Positions 10,042 to 19,456 are shown, counted from the stretch's first letter. The stretch: DNA of 64,000 bases from Acidobacteriota bacterium (GCA_040755995.1 JBFMAF010000016.1:1-64000); one strand, 5' to 3'. Notes: a model not told the origin generated them from the letters alone. Made by a program: numbers and translations.

Positions 10042-11481
10042 CCTGGGTCGACAAGTGCAACCCCGCGCTGTGGTTCTCCGGCAAAGGGTGCGCCCGCCAC
10101 ACCAAGTCCCACGGGCCATGGATCTCGCCGGATCCGGTGAAAGCCCGAAGCGATGCGATCCACCATCCTCAATCGTCGAATCTCTATGCCTACTGTCGGA
10201 ACAGCCCCGTGACCCTGCTGGACCCTGATGGACGAGCGATCGATTATCAGAACGACCCGGTCAGGCTGTTCGTGGAGTACCTCGCGACCAGGAACCGGGC
10301 CGTGCGTGACACCCTTGCCCGGTATGACGCCGATCACGAGCCTGATCTCCGGATCGAACAGGTCGAACGCGAGGCCAACGCCGACGGAGAGCTGGCCGGG
10401 TTCTTCATCCCGGGCTGGGGCGACTATACGATGGATTCCCCATCCGGATCAGGGAACTGGGAGGCTCTGCGTGGGCTCACTGAAGAAGAGATCATGGCAG
10501 GAAGGGCTATTAGAGACCGACATCGAGAACTGCCACATGCGACTTACCAAAGTGGAAGGGAGAGACTTCAAAGCCACCAGATGGACGCGTCGTCTCGGAG
10601 AAGAGGCCAATGAAGAGTACTATGACTGGCCTGGTCCTGAACGCGCCGACATTCCGTCAACTTGTATGCTCGAAACTCTCCCGGGGGAGGAGCAGGTGGA
10701 CCTGCTGGTCGGCGATGAGATGGAGCAGCAGCCCGGAGCTCTGCCGTGGAGCAAGCCATGGCTCGATCTGCCTGGCGGTACGATCTGGCGAGTGCACAAG
10801 TACCATGAGCAGCTCCAGAATGCCTACGAGCCGCTTCAGCAATACCCCACTCCTGGGGTACTCCTGTCCTGTCGGCCAGGAGGCCGAGGTTGCCAGTTGG
10901 CACGACATGGAACATGCTCAAAGGGCCCCAACCCAGAGAGATCATGGTCGCCGGTGACGGGGCGCTGTACCTGCTTTACAGACCTCCGTACACTGCGTGG
11001 TCACGATACCTCCCCTACCTCGTGGCAGTCATCTTGAGAAGACCTGAGCCCGTGGAGGTAAGTATTGATCCAGGTACCCGCTTGCCCGCGTTCAGAGCAG
11101 TCCACGCCGGCGACTATCCCTACAACCATGGCGTCGGCATCGGAGACCTTCGCCCGCTTCGTACAGATCGAGAAGCGCGGGACCGTGATCGGTAACCGTA
11201 CCGCGGGCGCTGTCACGCAAGCCGTCTACCATGGACATCATCTGGGCGTGGATATCGTGACTGTTTACGGAGCCAGTATCACAGACGCGGATGTGATCAT
11301 GTCCGATGCGAAGAGCCTGGAGAAGGTGGGCGTCCTGCCCGATGAGCTACTGCTCCCCACGGCCGAGGATCTCGCTGCCAGACGCGACCCGGTGCTCGCG
11401 CGAGCAGTGGAGCTGGCTGGCACGAGCATCGATGCGGCGAAAGCCGGAAGCCTCTTCCCACTCGAATGGCAGGACTACTAG
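10038..11481 (+). pseudogene. mosaic relic: Rhs core/toxin 1, immunity 2, Rhs linker, immunity 4 homolog and S41 C-terminus fragments
   Basis: 10038-10510 resembles 2513-3015; 10510-10675 resembles 5445-5610; 10693-10785 is the linker QPGALPWSKPW; 10786-11020 has YRPPYTAWSRYLPYL like 17150-17674; 11130-11481 resembles 18800-19147. Confidence 0.85.
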
Positions 11482-11617
11482 CGGGGGAGTCGCACTACGG
11501 TGAGGCCGGATGAGGAAGTCCAGATGCCCGCCGACAACGACAGGGACCGGCAGCCCGGAGCGCTCCCATCGCCTCAGAAGAGGCTGACCAAGCTATGCGC
11601 GCCCCTGCTGATGCTCT

Positions 11618-11840
11618 GTTCAGCTCGAGAAGCGCGGCGTGGTCATCGGCGATCGCACTGCCGGCGCTCTCCACCGGCAAGCGACCGACGAAGCCAGACC
11701 AGGGAGAGTCGAACGACACGCAACCACGCCCACGCTGATCAACGTATGCAGGAGGTAACCTCGTTTACCCATGCCTTTCGCATGATCGGACATGCGCTGC
11801 TCGAATTCAACGTCTCGCACACTTTCTTCATCCCACCGTC
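11618..11840 (+). pseudogene. two further S41 peptidase fragments
   Basis: 11618-11670 reads VQLEKRGVVIGDRTAGA. 11735-11840 reads ADQRMQEVTSFTHAFRMIGHALLEFNVSHTFFIPP, versus ADSRLHEATSIAHAFGIIGQALLDFDDSHTFFIPP in 17780-19147. Confidence 0.7.
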
Positions 11841-12169
11841 GGGAACCTCATTTCCAACCTCGAAATCGGAACCGCCAACGACCCATAGGCCGGGCGGAAT
11901 ATCGCTGGCGGCTGCCCGCTCGGCGCTGATACCAGCCTTCATCCTCGGCAGCGATGCCCACACAACGGGCTGTCAAAGTTCTGAGCCTACGACTCACCGC
12001 TTCCGCCCCACACTGTCTGGTGCGACCCGTGCGAAGCCGGTGGTCCGCCGGAGCCTCGCAATAGGAGTCGACGAGTCCCGACATTGTCGACAACGCCCGC
12101 CGATCCACCCAGTCCTCACCTAACTCCGCAATCCGGCGGACGGACCGCCTGAAGCTGGGACCTATGCGA

Positions 12170-12532
12170 TCAGGTGCCTGGATGCAGAGGAGCCATCCGC
12201 ACGCGATCGTCTTCGACCACGGCGAAGTGCCCTTCCCAATCGCTGCGGGAGTCTAGGGCTGCGAGGGCAAGGCGTGCCACATGCGCGGCAGAGGGAGCGG
12301 AGATCCGGAAGAGAACGACCCCTGTCGGAGGTTCCAGCCCAAGCCTGAAGACGAGCTCGCCGAAATCCTTGTCGAACGTGATCAACACTCGGCCTTCAGC
12401 CCGCGCAAGTGCGAGAACCGCCAGATCGGTACTCCCAGGCGCCTCTGTGCGAATCCACAACACATCGTGGCCACTGCTGCGAAGTGCCTGAACGGCATCG
12501 CCCGGGAAGTTCTCGTCGGCCAGTATCCGCAT
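12170..12532 (-). CDS. DUF5615 (PIN-like) toxin
   Basis: MRILADENFP...D..VL..A..EGRVLITFDKDFGEL signature. Confidence 0.9.
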   Translation of the reverse strand: MRILADENFPGDAVQALRSSGHDVLWIRTEAPGSTDLAVLALARAEGRVLITFDKDFGELVFRLGLEPPTGVVLFRISAPSAAHVARLALAALDSRSDWEGHFAVVEDDRVRMAPLHPGT

Positions 12533-12535
12533 TCG

Positions 12536-12766
12536 TCAAGCGGAGAGGGGGTATACCCTCTCCGCTCTCAGCACCAGGCTGGCGTAGTCGAGGCAGGCTC
12601 GCAGGTCGTCCTGGGTCAGCCCCGGATAGTTGCGGAGTATCTCTTCTTCCCTCCAGCCTTGGGCCAAGAGGTCGATGAGGAAATCGACGGCCAGGCGCGT
12701 CCCCCTGACGATGGGCTTCCCGACGAGGATGTCTGGATCGATCACGATCCGATCTGGCCACTTCAT
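12536..12766 (-). CDS. DUF433 antitoxin
   Basis: RIVIDPDILVGKPIVRGTRLAV...ILRNYPGLTQDDLRACLDYA. GAAGGAGGA RBS before ATG 12766 and a TATAAT at 12800-12805 on the minus strand. Confidence 0.9.
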   Translation of the reverse strand: MKWPDRIVIDPDILVGKPIVRGTRLAVDFLIDLLAQGWREEEILRNYPGLTQDDLRACLDYASLVLRAERVYPLSA

Positions 12767-12942
12767 GATTCCTCCTTCGATCGCTGCGCCGACCTCCCAA
12801 TTATACGCAACTGATGCCGTGCAATCCATGGAATGTCGGCGTTGTGGCGTTGACCACCTCACCCCGGCAATCGTCCAGAAGTTGGGCATGGAGCCTCCAC
12901 CGTTGCCGTTCATCCTCGCGCCGGGCGCGATGACCGTGTTGG

Positions 12943-13428
12943 ATGAATGATGAATGGGGTCATCATGCCCGCCGCTTCGCCCTCAAGGCGCTGAATACCC
13001 CACTCAACGGCCGAATGGAATACGGGTACGAGTCGCACGATTTCATTGGCCTGTGCGAAGAGGTCGAGGGTCCTGAGGTTTCTCGCAGCAGGTGCGATTC
13101 ATTCGTGCTGGCGAGCAAGACCGCACACTTCGGCTTCGGGGGCGGAACGAAGACCTGGGGCTACGACTATCCTTCATACGACACTCCGACGGTCGGGTCC
13201 GAAAACGACACGGTGACCGTCACGGGCCCCGAATACGTCATGAAAGTGAGATACAACAACGGGCCGACCGACCCCTCTTGGAAGCACGGCCTGATCGCAG
13301 CGAAGTGGTACGCCGACGGTAGTTTCCGGGAGGAGTACGAATGGGAGGCGGAGGTACTAGCAATCTGGATCGCAAGGTGTGGGAGGGAACGGCGACAAGC
13401 TATGAGTACAACCATAGCAACCAGCTGA
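12943..13428 (+). pseudogene. fragment of the early Rhs/YD-repeat region
   Basis: LKALNTPLNGRMEYGYESHDF and KTWGYDY are YD-like. Joined out of frame (~13365) to late YD repeats of 13341-17156, consistent with a large internal deletion. Confidence 0.55.
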
Positions 13429-16400
13429 AGAAGGTCGATTCCGGCGACGAGACCGTCGAGTATTTCTACGACGACGGAAAGGGCCGAGTGAATCGAGTCG
13501 TCAGCACGAAGGGATGGAGCCGCAAGGGAATCGACTACAATGACTTCGGATCCGCCAAGACAGAGATCGTGAACCCCGGCGGCGACCTCATGACCTGGTA
13601 TTCCTATGACGATCGCGGTCTCCGTTTCAAGACGGTCCGGCTGCCGCAGACCCAGCATGGAACGCTCCACCTCACCTACCCCAACGGTGGAGAGGTTCTG
13701 CAGGGCGGAGAGGTGTGCACTATCACGTGGGACCCGGTGCCCGCGGGTGTCGAGTACCTCAAGATCGAGTGGCGCCAGGGTGGTGGAGACTGGCAACAGA
13801 TTCCTGGTGGTGAGCAGTGGGTCGCGAGCGTGGGCGCGTTCCCCTGGGATCTGCCGATTCCGGCGCAAGACCTTACCCAGTGCTTTGTGAGGATTGTCAA
13901 TGTAGACGCACCAACGCAGTGGGACCGAAGTGACACATCGTTCACGATCAAAGCGCAGCAGCAGCCGCCTGAACTTCCCAAGCTTCAACTGGCTGAGCCG
14001 ACGGCTGAGGATCGCTGGCAGGTGAGCACCGAGCACAACATCAAGTGGACGGCCACGGGCGACTTCAAGAGCATGGACGTGAAGCTCGAGTACTGGAGCA
14101 AGGCCAACGGATGGAAGCCGATCGCGGGCGGACTGAACCCGAAGGACGGCGCCTATCCCTGGACGGTTCTGGATGACGCCAACGCGGCCTGCCAGATCTG
14201 GATCCACACCGGAAACGGAACGGTCGAGGCCACGAGCGCTACATTCGCGGTCGTGCCGCTCGAACGGAAGATCACGGTGACGTGGCCGACTGGGTGGGAA
14301 GGCGACGATCCCGAAACGTCGAGGCTCGAATCACTCGTCCTCTTCGCGGGCGAGCCCCGCCAGATCACGATCGACTATGACAAGATCACCTATGGCAAGG
14401 GTGTCGAGGTGAGCCTTGTCATTGCCGGCGTGGTCAAGTGGACCAGATTGTTGGACCAGTACAAGACGGTGGTGGACTGGACCGTGGATGACGTGGAGTC
14501 GCCTGAATGCAAGATCGTCGTGAAGGACCGCAGCAGCGCGGCGGAGGGTCGTACCGAACGCAACTTCGTGATACACGAGTACGATCCGACGATCGACCTC
14601 CAATTCCCCGACGGCGGGAACACGCTCGCGGTGAATCAGCCGTGCGAGATCAGGTGGGTCTCGACGAAGGCGGCCAGGGTGCCGCTGGTCAGGATCGAGC
14701 TGGGCGTCCGAGTCGCGCCCAAGCTCATCGAGTGGAATGAGGAGACACCGATCGCCGTTGTCGAGAACAAGGAAGGCGTGAACCTCTATTCCTGGACGCC
14801 CACCGAGCCCGGCACGAACCTGGTCGTCAGGGTCAGAGACGACCGGGACTACAAGCCACAGGATTTCACGCACAGCTCGTTCACGGTGATCGAGGAACAG
14901 ACGCAGATCGTTGTGGACGTACCGAACGGGCCTGAGCACAACATGGTGGTCGGCACCAAGCGATACATCAAGTGGGCCACGACGGGGCCGAACCGGCCTG
15001 ACCAGGTCGTCATCAAGCTCACGCGCACGGGGTCGATGGGGGATGCGACGAAGATACACGAGGAGATCACGGTGGCCAACACGGGCTCGTACCCATGGGT
15101 TGTGACGGGCGCGCCCTCGGATCATTGCCTGATCTGGGTAGGCGCCCCCAATGGCATCCCGTGCGATACATCCGACAAGGAGTTCCGCATACTGCAGGAT
15201 GTCGTCGTGTCCAAGCCCCAGGCCGGAGAGTACGAGATGGGCTCGTTCATGGAGATCAGGTGGACCCCGCGGAACTGGCCGAAGAACGTCAAGGTTGAGC
15301 TCCAGCGGGACGGCGGACAGTTGGAGTCGCTGACTGCGCCCGACACCAGCATCGCGAACGAAGGCAAGATGACGTGGAAAGTGACTGGCTCGGCTTCGCA
15401 GAACTGCTATATTAGAGTGAGTGACGCGAAGGACGGGAAGCCGTTTGGCGATTCCGCGAAGTTCGCGATCGTCCCGAGCGTGAGGGTGCTGTATCCCAAC
15501 GGGGGCGAACAGCTCATGGTGGGCAAGACGGTGAAGCTCGAATGGGAGACTCGCGGAGCAGTGCCGGAAGTCAGGCTGGAGCTGTCCCGGAACAGAGGCA
15601 CGACATGGGAGCTCATCGACGGCAGAACGAAGGTGCCGAATGACGGCAAGTATGCCTGGACAGTGAAAGGCACGAAGACGTCGAACAACTGCCTGTTCCG
15701 CGTGAGCGATCTCGACGGGAAACCGACCGACACCAGCGACAATCTGTTCGCTATCAGGACGGTGGGCACGGCCGGCGCCGCCGGACCCGGCACGCAGGCC
15801 GGCGTCGACATGCTGGTCGGCGATGAGATGGAGCAGCAACCGGGGGCTCTGCCGTGGAGCAAGCCCTGGCTGGAGGATCTGCCGGCCGGCACGGTCTACA
15901 TCCCGGGCGCCGACGGGATGGCCGATCGCCTGCTGCAGGTGCCTGAGGACGATGGCGAGTACGTCGGGACCGAGGAGGATTTCGAGAGAGACTTCGGCGG
16001 TGTGGTGGAGCCGCCTCCGCCCGGCACGGGCGGTGACACTCCTCCCTCTGGTGACCCCGGAGAAGGGGGCGAACCGGAGCTAGCCGGACCGCCCTTCCCC
16101 GCGGGCAGCGAGATCACCTACTACATCTATTCCTTCGACGGCAGGCTTCTGGCCGAATACGACTCGGACGGCTACTGCAACCGCGACTACATCTACGCCG
16201 GCAACCGCCTGATCGCCGAATATAAACCGAAGGTGGGCATCTACCACTTCTACACGCCCGACCAGATCAACACTACGCGCATGATCACGGACCAGGCCGG
16301 GAAGATCCTCTACTCCGCCGGCTTCGGTCCATACGGCAACGAGCAGATCACCTGGGTCGACAAGTGCAGCCCCGCGCTGAAGTTCTCCGGCAAAGAGCGC

Positions 16401-17156
16401 GACCGCGACACGGGCTTCGACTACTACGGCGCGCGCTACTTCGCGAGCACGCAGCACCGCTGGATCTCGCCGGATCCCGTCAGGACTCAGGACGCCGCGG
16501 TCGCCACTCCCCAGATGTGGAACCTCTACTCTTACGTGGCAAACAACCCAATCTCCCTGACCGATCCCGATGGCCGGGTGATAGAGCTGAAATACGACCC
16601 TGCCCAACGCGCTGCTCAGCTCAGGTTCATCCGCAGTGTCCTGGGTAACAAGGGCCAGCATGTCACAGATGTCTGGAAGAACGGCGAGTGGATTCTGAGT
16701 GTCACAGGTATGGGCAGGAAGGATTTCGCCAAGTTCGGGGTAGCCGAGCTAGCTCTAGCTCACTTGATGAGGAGCTCGGGAACGTTCAAGCTCGAGCTGG
16801 GCCGCAGTCGCGAGACAGTCTTAAACGACGGCGGCGCATTCCTTGCGGACAAGAAAGGAGGAGGAACGATATACATGGACCCGGTGGAGTGGAATTGGTA
16901 CGGCGGCTATCACCAGTCGCCTCAAGACCGCTTTGTACATGAGATGGGCCACGCATTGATGGAAGTCGTGGCTGACCCATCATATTGGCGCTTGGGAAGT
17001 TCCAAAGCCGGCCTGTTGTTTAGGCCCCGGGAGCTCTATGGGATGGCCGCAGAGAATGCATATCTGGCACAAACCAATCGTCGCCGCCCCTACTACGATA
17101 GGCCCACTGACTACGAGCGACCTCAAAGCGGGACTGAGGAGATACCGCAATGGTGA
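13341..17156 (+). CDS. Rhs unit 4: late YD repeats, 7 Ig-like repeats, linker, Rhs core, HExxH (M91/Tox-MPTase-like) tip; probably N-terminally truncated
   Basis: TSYEYNHSNQL, YFYDDGKGRV and YSYDDRGLR repeats; YPNGGE-type repeats; DPDG at 16563-16574; FVHEMGH (16938-16952) followed by AAEN..R.YY. Confidence 0.88.
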   Translation: MGGGGTSNLDRKVWEGTATSYEYNHSNQLKKVDSGDETVEYFYDDGKGRVNRVVSTKGWSRKGIDYNDFGSAKTEIVNPGGDLMTWYSYDDRGLRFKTVRLPQTQHGTLHLTYPNGGEVLQGGEVCTITWDPVPAGVEYLKIEWRQGGGDWQQIPGGEQWVASVGAFPWDLPIPAQDLTQCFVRIVNVDAPTQWDRSDTSFTIKAQQQPPELPKLQLAEPTAEDRWQVSTEHNIKWTATGDFKSMDVKLEYWSKANGWKPIAGGLNPKDGAYPWTVLDDANAACQIWIHTGNGTVEATSATFAVVPLERKITVTWPTGWEGDDPETSRLESLVLFAGEPRQITIDYDKITYGKGVEVSLVIAGVVKWTRLLDQYKTVVDWTVDDVESPECKIVVKDRSSAAEGRTERNFVIHEYDPTIDLQFPDGGNTLAVNQPCEIRWVSTKAARVPLVRIELGVRVAPKLIEWNEETPIAVVENKEGVNLYSWTPTEPGTNLVVRVRDDRDYKPQDFTHSSFTVIEEQTQIVVDVPNGPEHNMVVGTKRYIKWATTGPNRPDQVVIKLTRTGSMGDATKIHEEITVANTGSYPWVVTGAPSDHCLIWVGAPNGIPCDTSDKEFRILQDVVVSKPQAGEYEMGSFMEIRWTPRNWPKNVKVELQRDGGQLESLTAPDTSIANEGKMTWKVTGSASQNCYIRVSDAKDGKPFGDSAKFAIVPSVRVLYPNGGEQLMVGKTVKLEWETRGAVPEVRLELSRNRGTTWELIDGRTKVPNDGKYAWTVKGTKTSNNCLFRVSDLDGKPTDTSDNLFAIRTVGTAGAAGPGTQAGVDMLVGDEMEQQPGALPWSKPWLEDLPAGTVYIPGADGMADRLLQVPEDDGEYVGTEEDFERDFGGVVEPPPPGTGGDTPPSGDPGEGGEPELAGPPFPAGSEITYYIYSFDGRLLAEYDSDGYCNRDYIYAGNRLIAEYKPKVGIYHFYTPDQINTTRMITDQAGKILYSAGFGPYGNEQITWVDKCSPALKFSGKERDRDTGFDYYGARYFASTQHRWISPDPVRTQDAAVATPQMWNLYSYVANNPISLTDPDGRVIELKYDPAQRAAQLRFIRSVLGNKGQHVTDVWKNGEWILSVTGMGRKDFAKFGVAELALAHLMRSSGTFKLELGRSRETVLNDGGAFLADKKGGGTIYMDPVEWNWYGGYHQSPQDRFVHEMGHALMEVVADPSYWRLGSSKAGLLFRPRELYGMAAENAYLAQTNRRRPYYDRPTDYERPQSGTEEIPQW

Positions 17157-17674
17157 ATCAACCAATGGCCCACGAAAGCCCCGGACGCATTGCACATCTC
17201 AAGATCTTGCTATCCCAGCGCCGGGTCAAGATTCTCGGGTTGCTTATAGGCGCGGTTGTCGTCCTTGGCACCATAGACAGGATGTCCCTGATGATCTGGC
17301 GCTGGAGGGTGGCGCACCAATATGTGATCTACAAGGAGGCATGCGAAGCCACGCAAGGCCCGGACCCGGAGTATGGGATCGTCGGTTGGTCACCGCCGTC
17401 ATCCGAATTCCCCGTCCGACTGATATGGGTGCGCTCAATAGGTCCGCACCCGTACGGGATAGTGGTCGACGGGGGAGGAGGACTTACCCTGTTCTACACA
17501 CCGCCGTACCTCGCTTGGTCGCGATACCTGCCATATCTAACTGACCGGAGCACTTATGGCCAACCCGGTGTCTACCCTTATGACGACGTCTATCTCATTA
17601 GTTTGGAGCTCAGGGATGATCGGGGGAAAGACCTACAACGCCCTCAGGTTAGCCTCGAACATGGGCTTCCGTAG
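17150..17674 (+). CDS. putative immunity protein 4, membrane-anchored
   Basis: Overlaps the toxin 4 stop. Single hydrophobic segment ILGLLIGAVVVLGTI. Diverged homolog fragment at 10786-11020. Confidence 0.65.
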   Translation: MVNQPMAHESPGRIAHLKILLSQRRVKILGLLIGAVVVLGTIDRMSLMIWRWRVAHQYVIYKEACEATQGPDPEYGIVGWSPPSSEFPVRLIWVRSIGPHPYGIVVDGGGGLTLFYTPPYLAWSRYLPYLTDRSTYGQPGVYPYDDVYLISLELRDDRGKDLQRPQVSLEHGLP

Positions 17675-17779
17675 TTGTTTGGCGGGCGAGAGCGATGGCC
17701 TGCAGACTCTCGCACGCGGTTCGGCGAACACGCTACGCGAGAGAGGTCGCAACTCATCATTCTCGCCCGAGGAGGACAA

Positions 17780-19147
17780 ATGTCAATGGTTGGAATCGTC
17801 GACAGGCGGCGACACTGCTGCAGAGCTGGGTTCGTTCTCGTAGTCGTGGGTGCGTGCACAGCCGCGTCCCTGGTCAACAGCCAGGAGGCCCGCGCTGAGG
17901 GATTGAGCAAGATCGAGCGCGAGCGCTCTCGCGTCATGCTCAAGGTCATCAAGGACGACATCAAGAAACACTACTACGATCGGGCTTTCCACGGCGTGAA
18001 ACTGGAAGCGCGCTTCGCGGAGGCCGATAGTAGACTGCATGAGGCAACTTCGATTGCCCACGCCTTCGGCATCATCGGCCAGGCTCTCCTCGATTTCGAC
18101 GATTCGCACACGTTCTTCATTCCTCCGCCGCGTACCAACCGCGTCGACTATGGATGGCAAGTCCAGATGATTGGCGAGAAGTGCAACGTCATCGCTGTGA
18201 AGCCCGGCAGCGATGCCGAGGCGAAGGGGCTGCGCGTCGGTGATATCGTCCACTCGATCAACGGCTTCACGCCGGCGCGGGACACTCTCTGGAAGATGAA
18301 ATACAGCTACTACATGATCAGACCACTGCCCGGGATGAGGATCGTGGCAGAAAGCCCCGGCGGCCCGGCGCGAGAGATCGACGTGATGGCCGAGGTGCGA
18401 CAGGGCAAGCGAGTGCTCGACCTGACGGGAACGGACGAAGGCGTCGATATCTCCAGTGTGATCAGGGATGTCGAAAGCGAAGACCGGTTGCACCGCCAGC
18501 GCCACTGGGAAGCGGGTGCGGACCTGATCATCTGGAAGATGCCCGAGTTCGATGATGATGAGAGCAGTGTAGATCGCATGATGGACAAGGTCAGGGCGCA
18601 TAAGGCTCTGGTCCTGGATCTGCGTGGCAACACGGGCGGCTCGGCCAAGACGCTGGAGCGCCTCGCGGGGTACTTCTTCGACAAGGACTTGAAGATCGCA
18701 GACTTGAAGGGCGCCAAGCCCATGAAGCCGCTGCTGGCCAAGAGCCGCGGGCGTGATGCCTACGCGGGCAAACTCGTCGTGGTCGTTGACAGCCAGACGG
18801 CATCGGCCTCAGAGATCTTCGCCCGCCTCGTTCAGATCGAGAAACGGGGAACCGTTCTCGGTGATCGTACAGCCGGCGCTGTCATGCAGGCCGTATACCA
18901 CGGACATCACCTGGGCGTGGACAAGATCGTTCTCTACGGCGCCAGTATCACAGACGCGGACGCGATAATGTCAGACGGCAAGAGCCTCGAAAAGGTGGGG
19001 GTTGTCCCGGATGAGCTGCTGCTCCCATCCGCGCAGGATCTTGCCGGACGGCGCGACCCGGCGCTTGCGCGAGCAGCGGAGCTGGCCGGCACTAACATCG
19101 ACGCCGTGAAAGCCGGCACCCTCTTCCCCCTTGAGTGGCAGGACTAG
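17780..19147 (+). CDS. PDZ-containing S41 family (tail-specific/C-terminal processing) peptidase, exported
   Basis: GGAGGA RBS; signal peptide; DSHTFF; PDZ VIAVKPGSDAEAKGLRVGDIVHSING; LVLDLRGNTGG; TASASEIF; GDRTAG. Confidence 0.9.
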   Translation: MSMVGIVDRRRHCCRAGFVLVVVGACTAASLVNSQEARAEGLSKIERERSRVMLKVIKDDIKKHYYDRAFHGVKLEARFAEADSRLHEATSIAHAFGIIGQALLDFDDSHTFFIPPPRTNRVDYGWQVQMIGEKCNVIAVKPGSDAEAKGLRVGDIVHSINGFTPARDTLWKMKYSYYMIRPLPGMRIVAESPGGPAREIDVMAEVRQGKRVLDLTGTDEGVDISSVIRDVESEDRLHRQRHWEAGADLIIWKMPEFDDDESSVDRMMDKVRAHKALVLDLRGNTGGSAKTLERLAGYFFDKDLKIADLKGAKPMKPLLAKSRGRDAYAGKLVVVVDSQTASASEIFARLVQIEKRGTVLGDRTAGAVMQAVYHGHHLGVDKIVLYGASITDADAIMSDGKSLEKVGVVPDELLLPSAQDLAGRRDPALARAAELAGTNIDAVKAGTLFPLEWQD

Positions 19148-19456
19148 ATAGCGAGGGCCACCTCCATGTTCAGCTCGTTCCGAAGCTCGGGAATGGGACA
19201 GCGGCCAGGCAGGTCAGGGCGGCGAAGAGGCCCCTTCTTTGCGGAAACACAGTATGCCCACTGGCGGTCTTCGAGCAGCTAGCGCCGGGTCGGACACGAG
19301 CGACACGTTCGCAATCGTGCCGCTCGAGTGGAAGATCACGGTGACGCGCGACCCCGAAGCACCTCACCATGTTCCACTCGCCCGTCGCAAGGGTGCAGCG
19401 CTTGCCGTCCGCTGTGGTCCCGGCAAGTCGCGGACTGATCGACATATAAGGAGAGA

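Noticed and set aside
10038..10510. Possible DGR template/variable repeat pair with 2513-3015
   Set aside because: Mismatches are not adenine-specific, many are synonymous third-position changes with a deletion, and no reverse transcriptase is in the window.
10228..11037. 269-aa ORF as a real chimeric gene
   Set aside because: It reads through off-frame toxin relic, immunity 2, linker and immunity 4 fragments, with no RBS or coherent domain.
12115..12160. attC site next to the TA pair
   Set aside because: Only an RYYYAAC-like start with no convincing complementary right end; too weak to call as a feature.
14331..15839. 502-aa minus-strand ORF and similar antisense ORFs over the Rhs copies
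   Set aside because: Antisense to Rhs Ig repeats; it recurs only because the Rhs DNA is repeated.
13651..16105. Intein or Hint domain as the explanation for the Rhs insert
   Set aside because: No N-terminal Cys/Ser block or C-terminal HN motif; the insert consists of Ig-like repeats and a low-complexity linker.
1..19147. Type VI secretion cluster assignment
   Set aside because: No vgrG, PAAR, hcp, eagR or tss genes in the window; the delivery route cannot be determined because the unit 1 N-terminus lies outside it.
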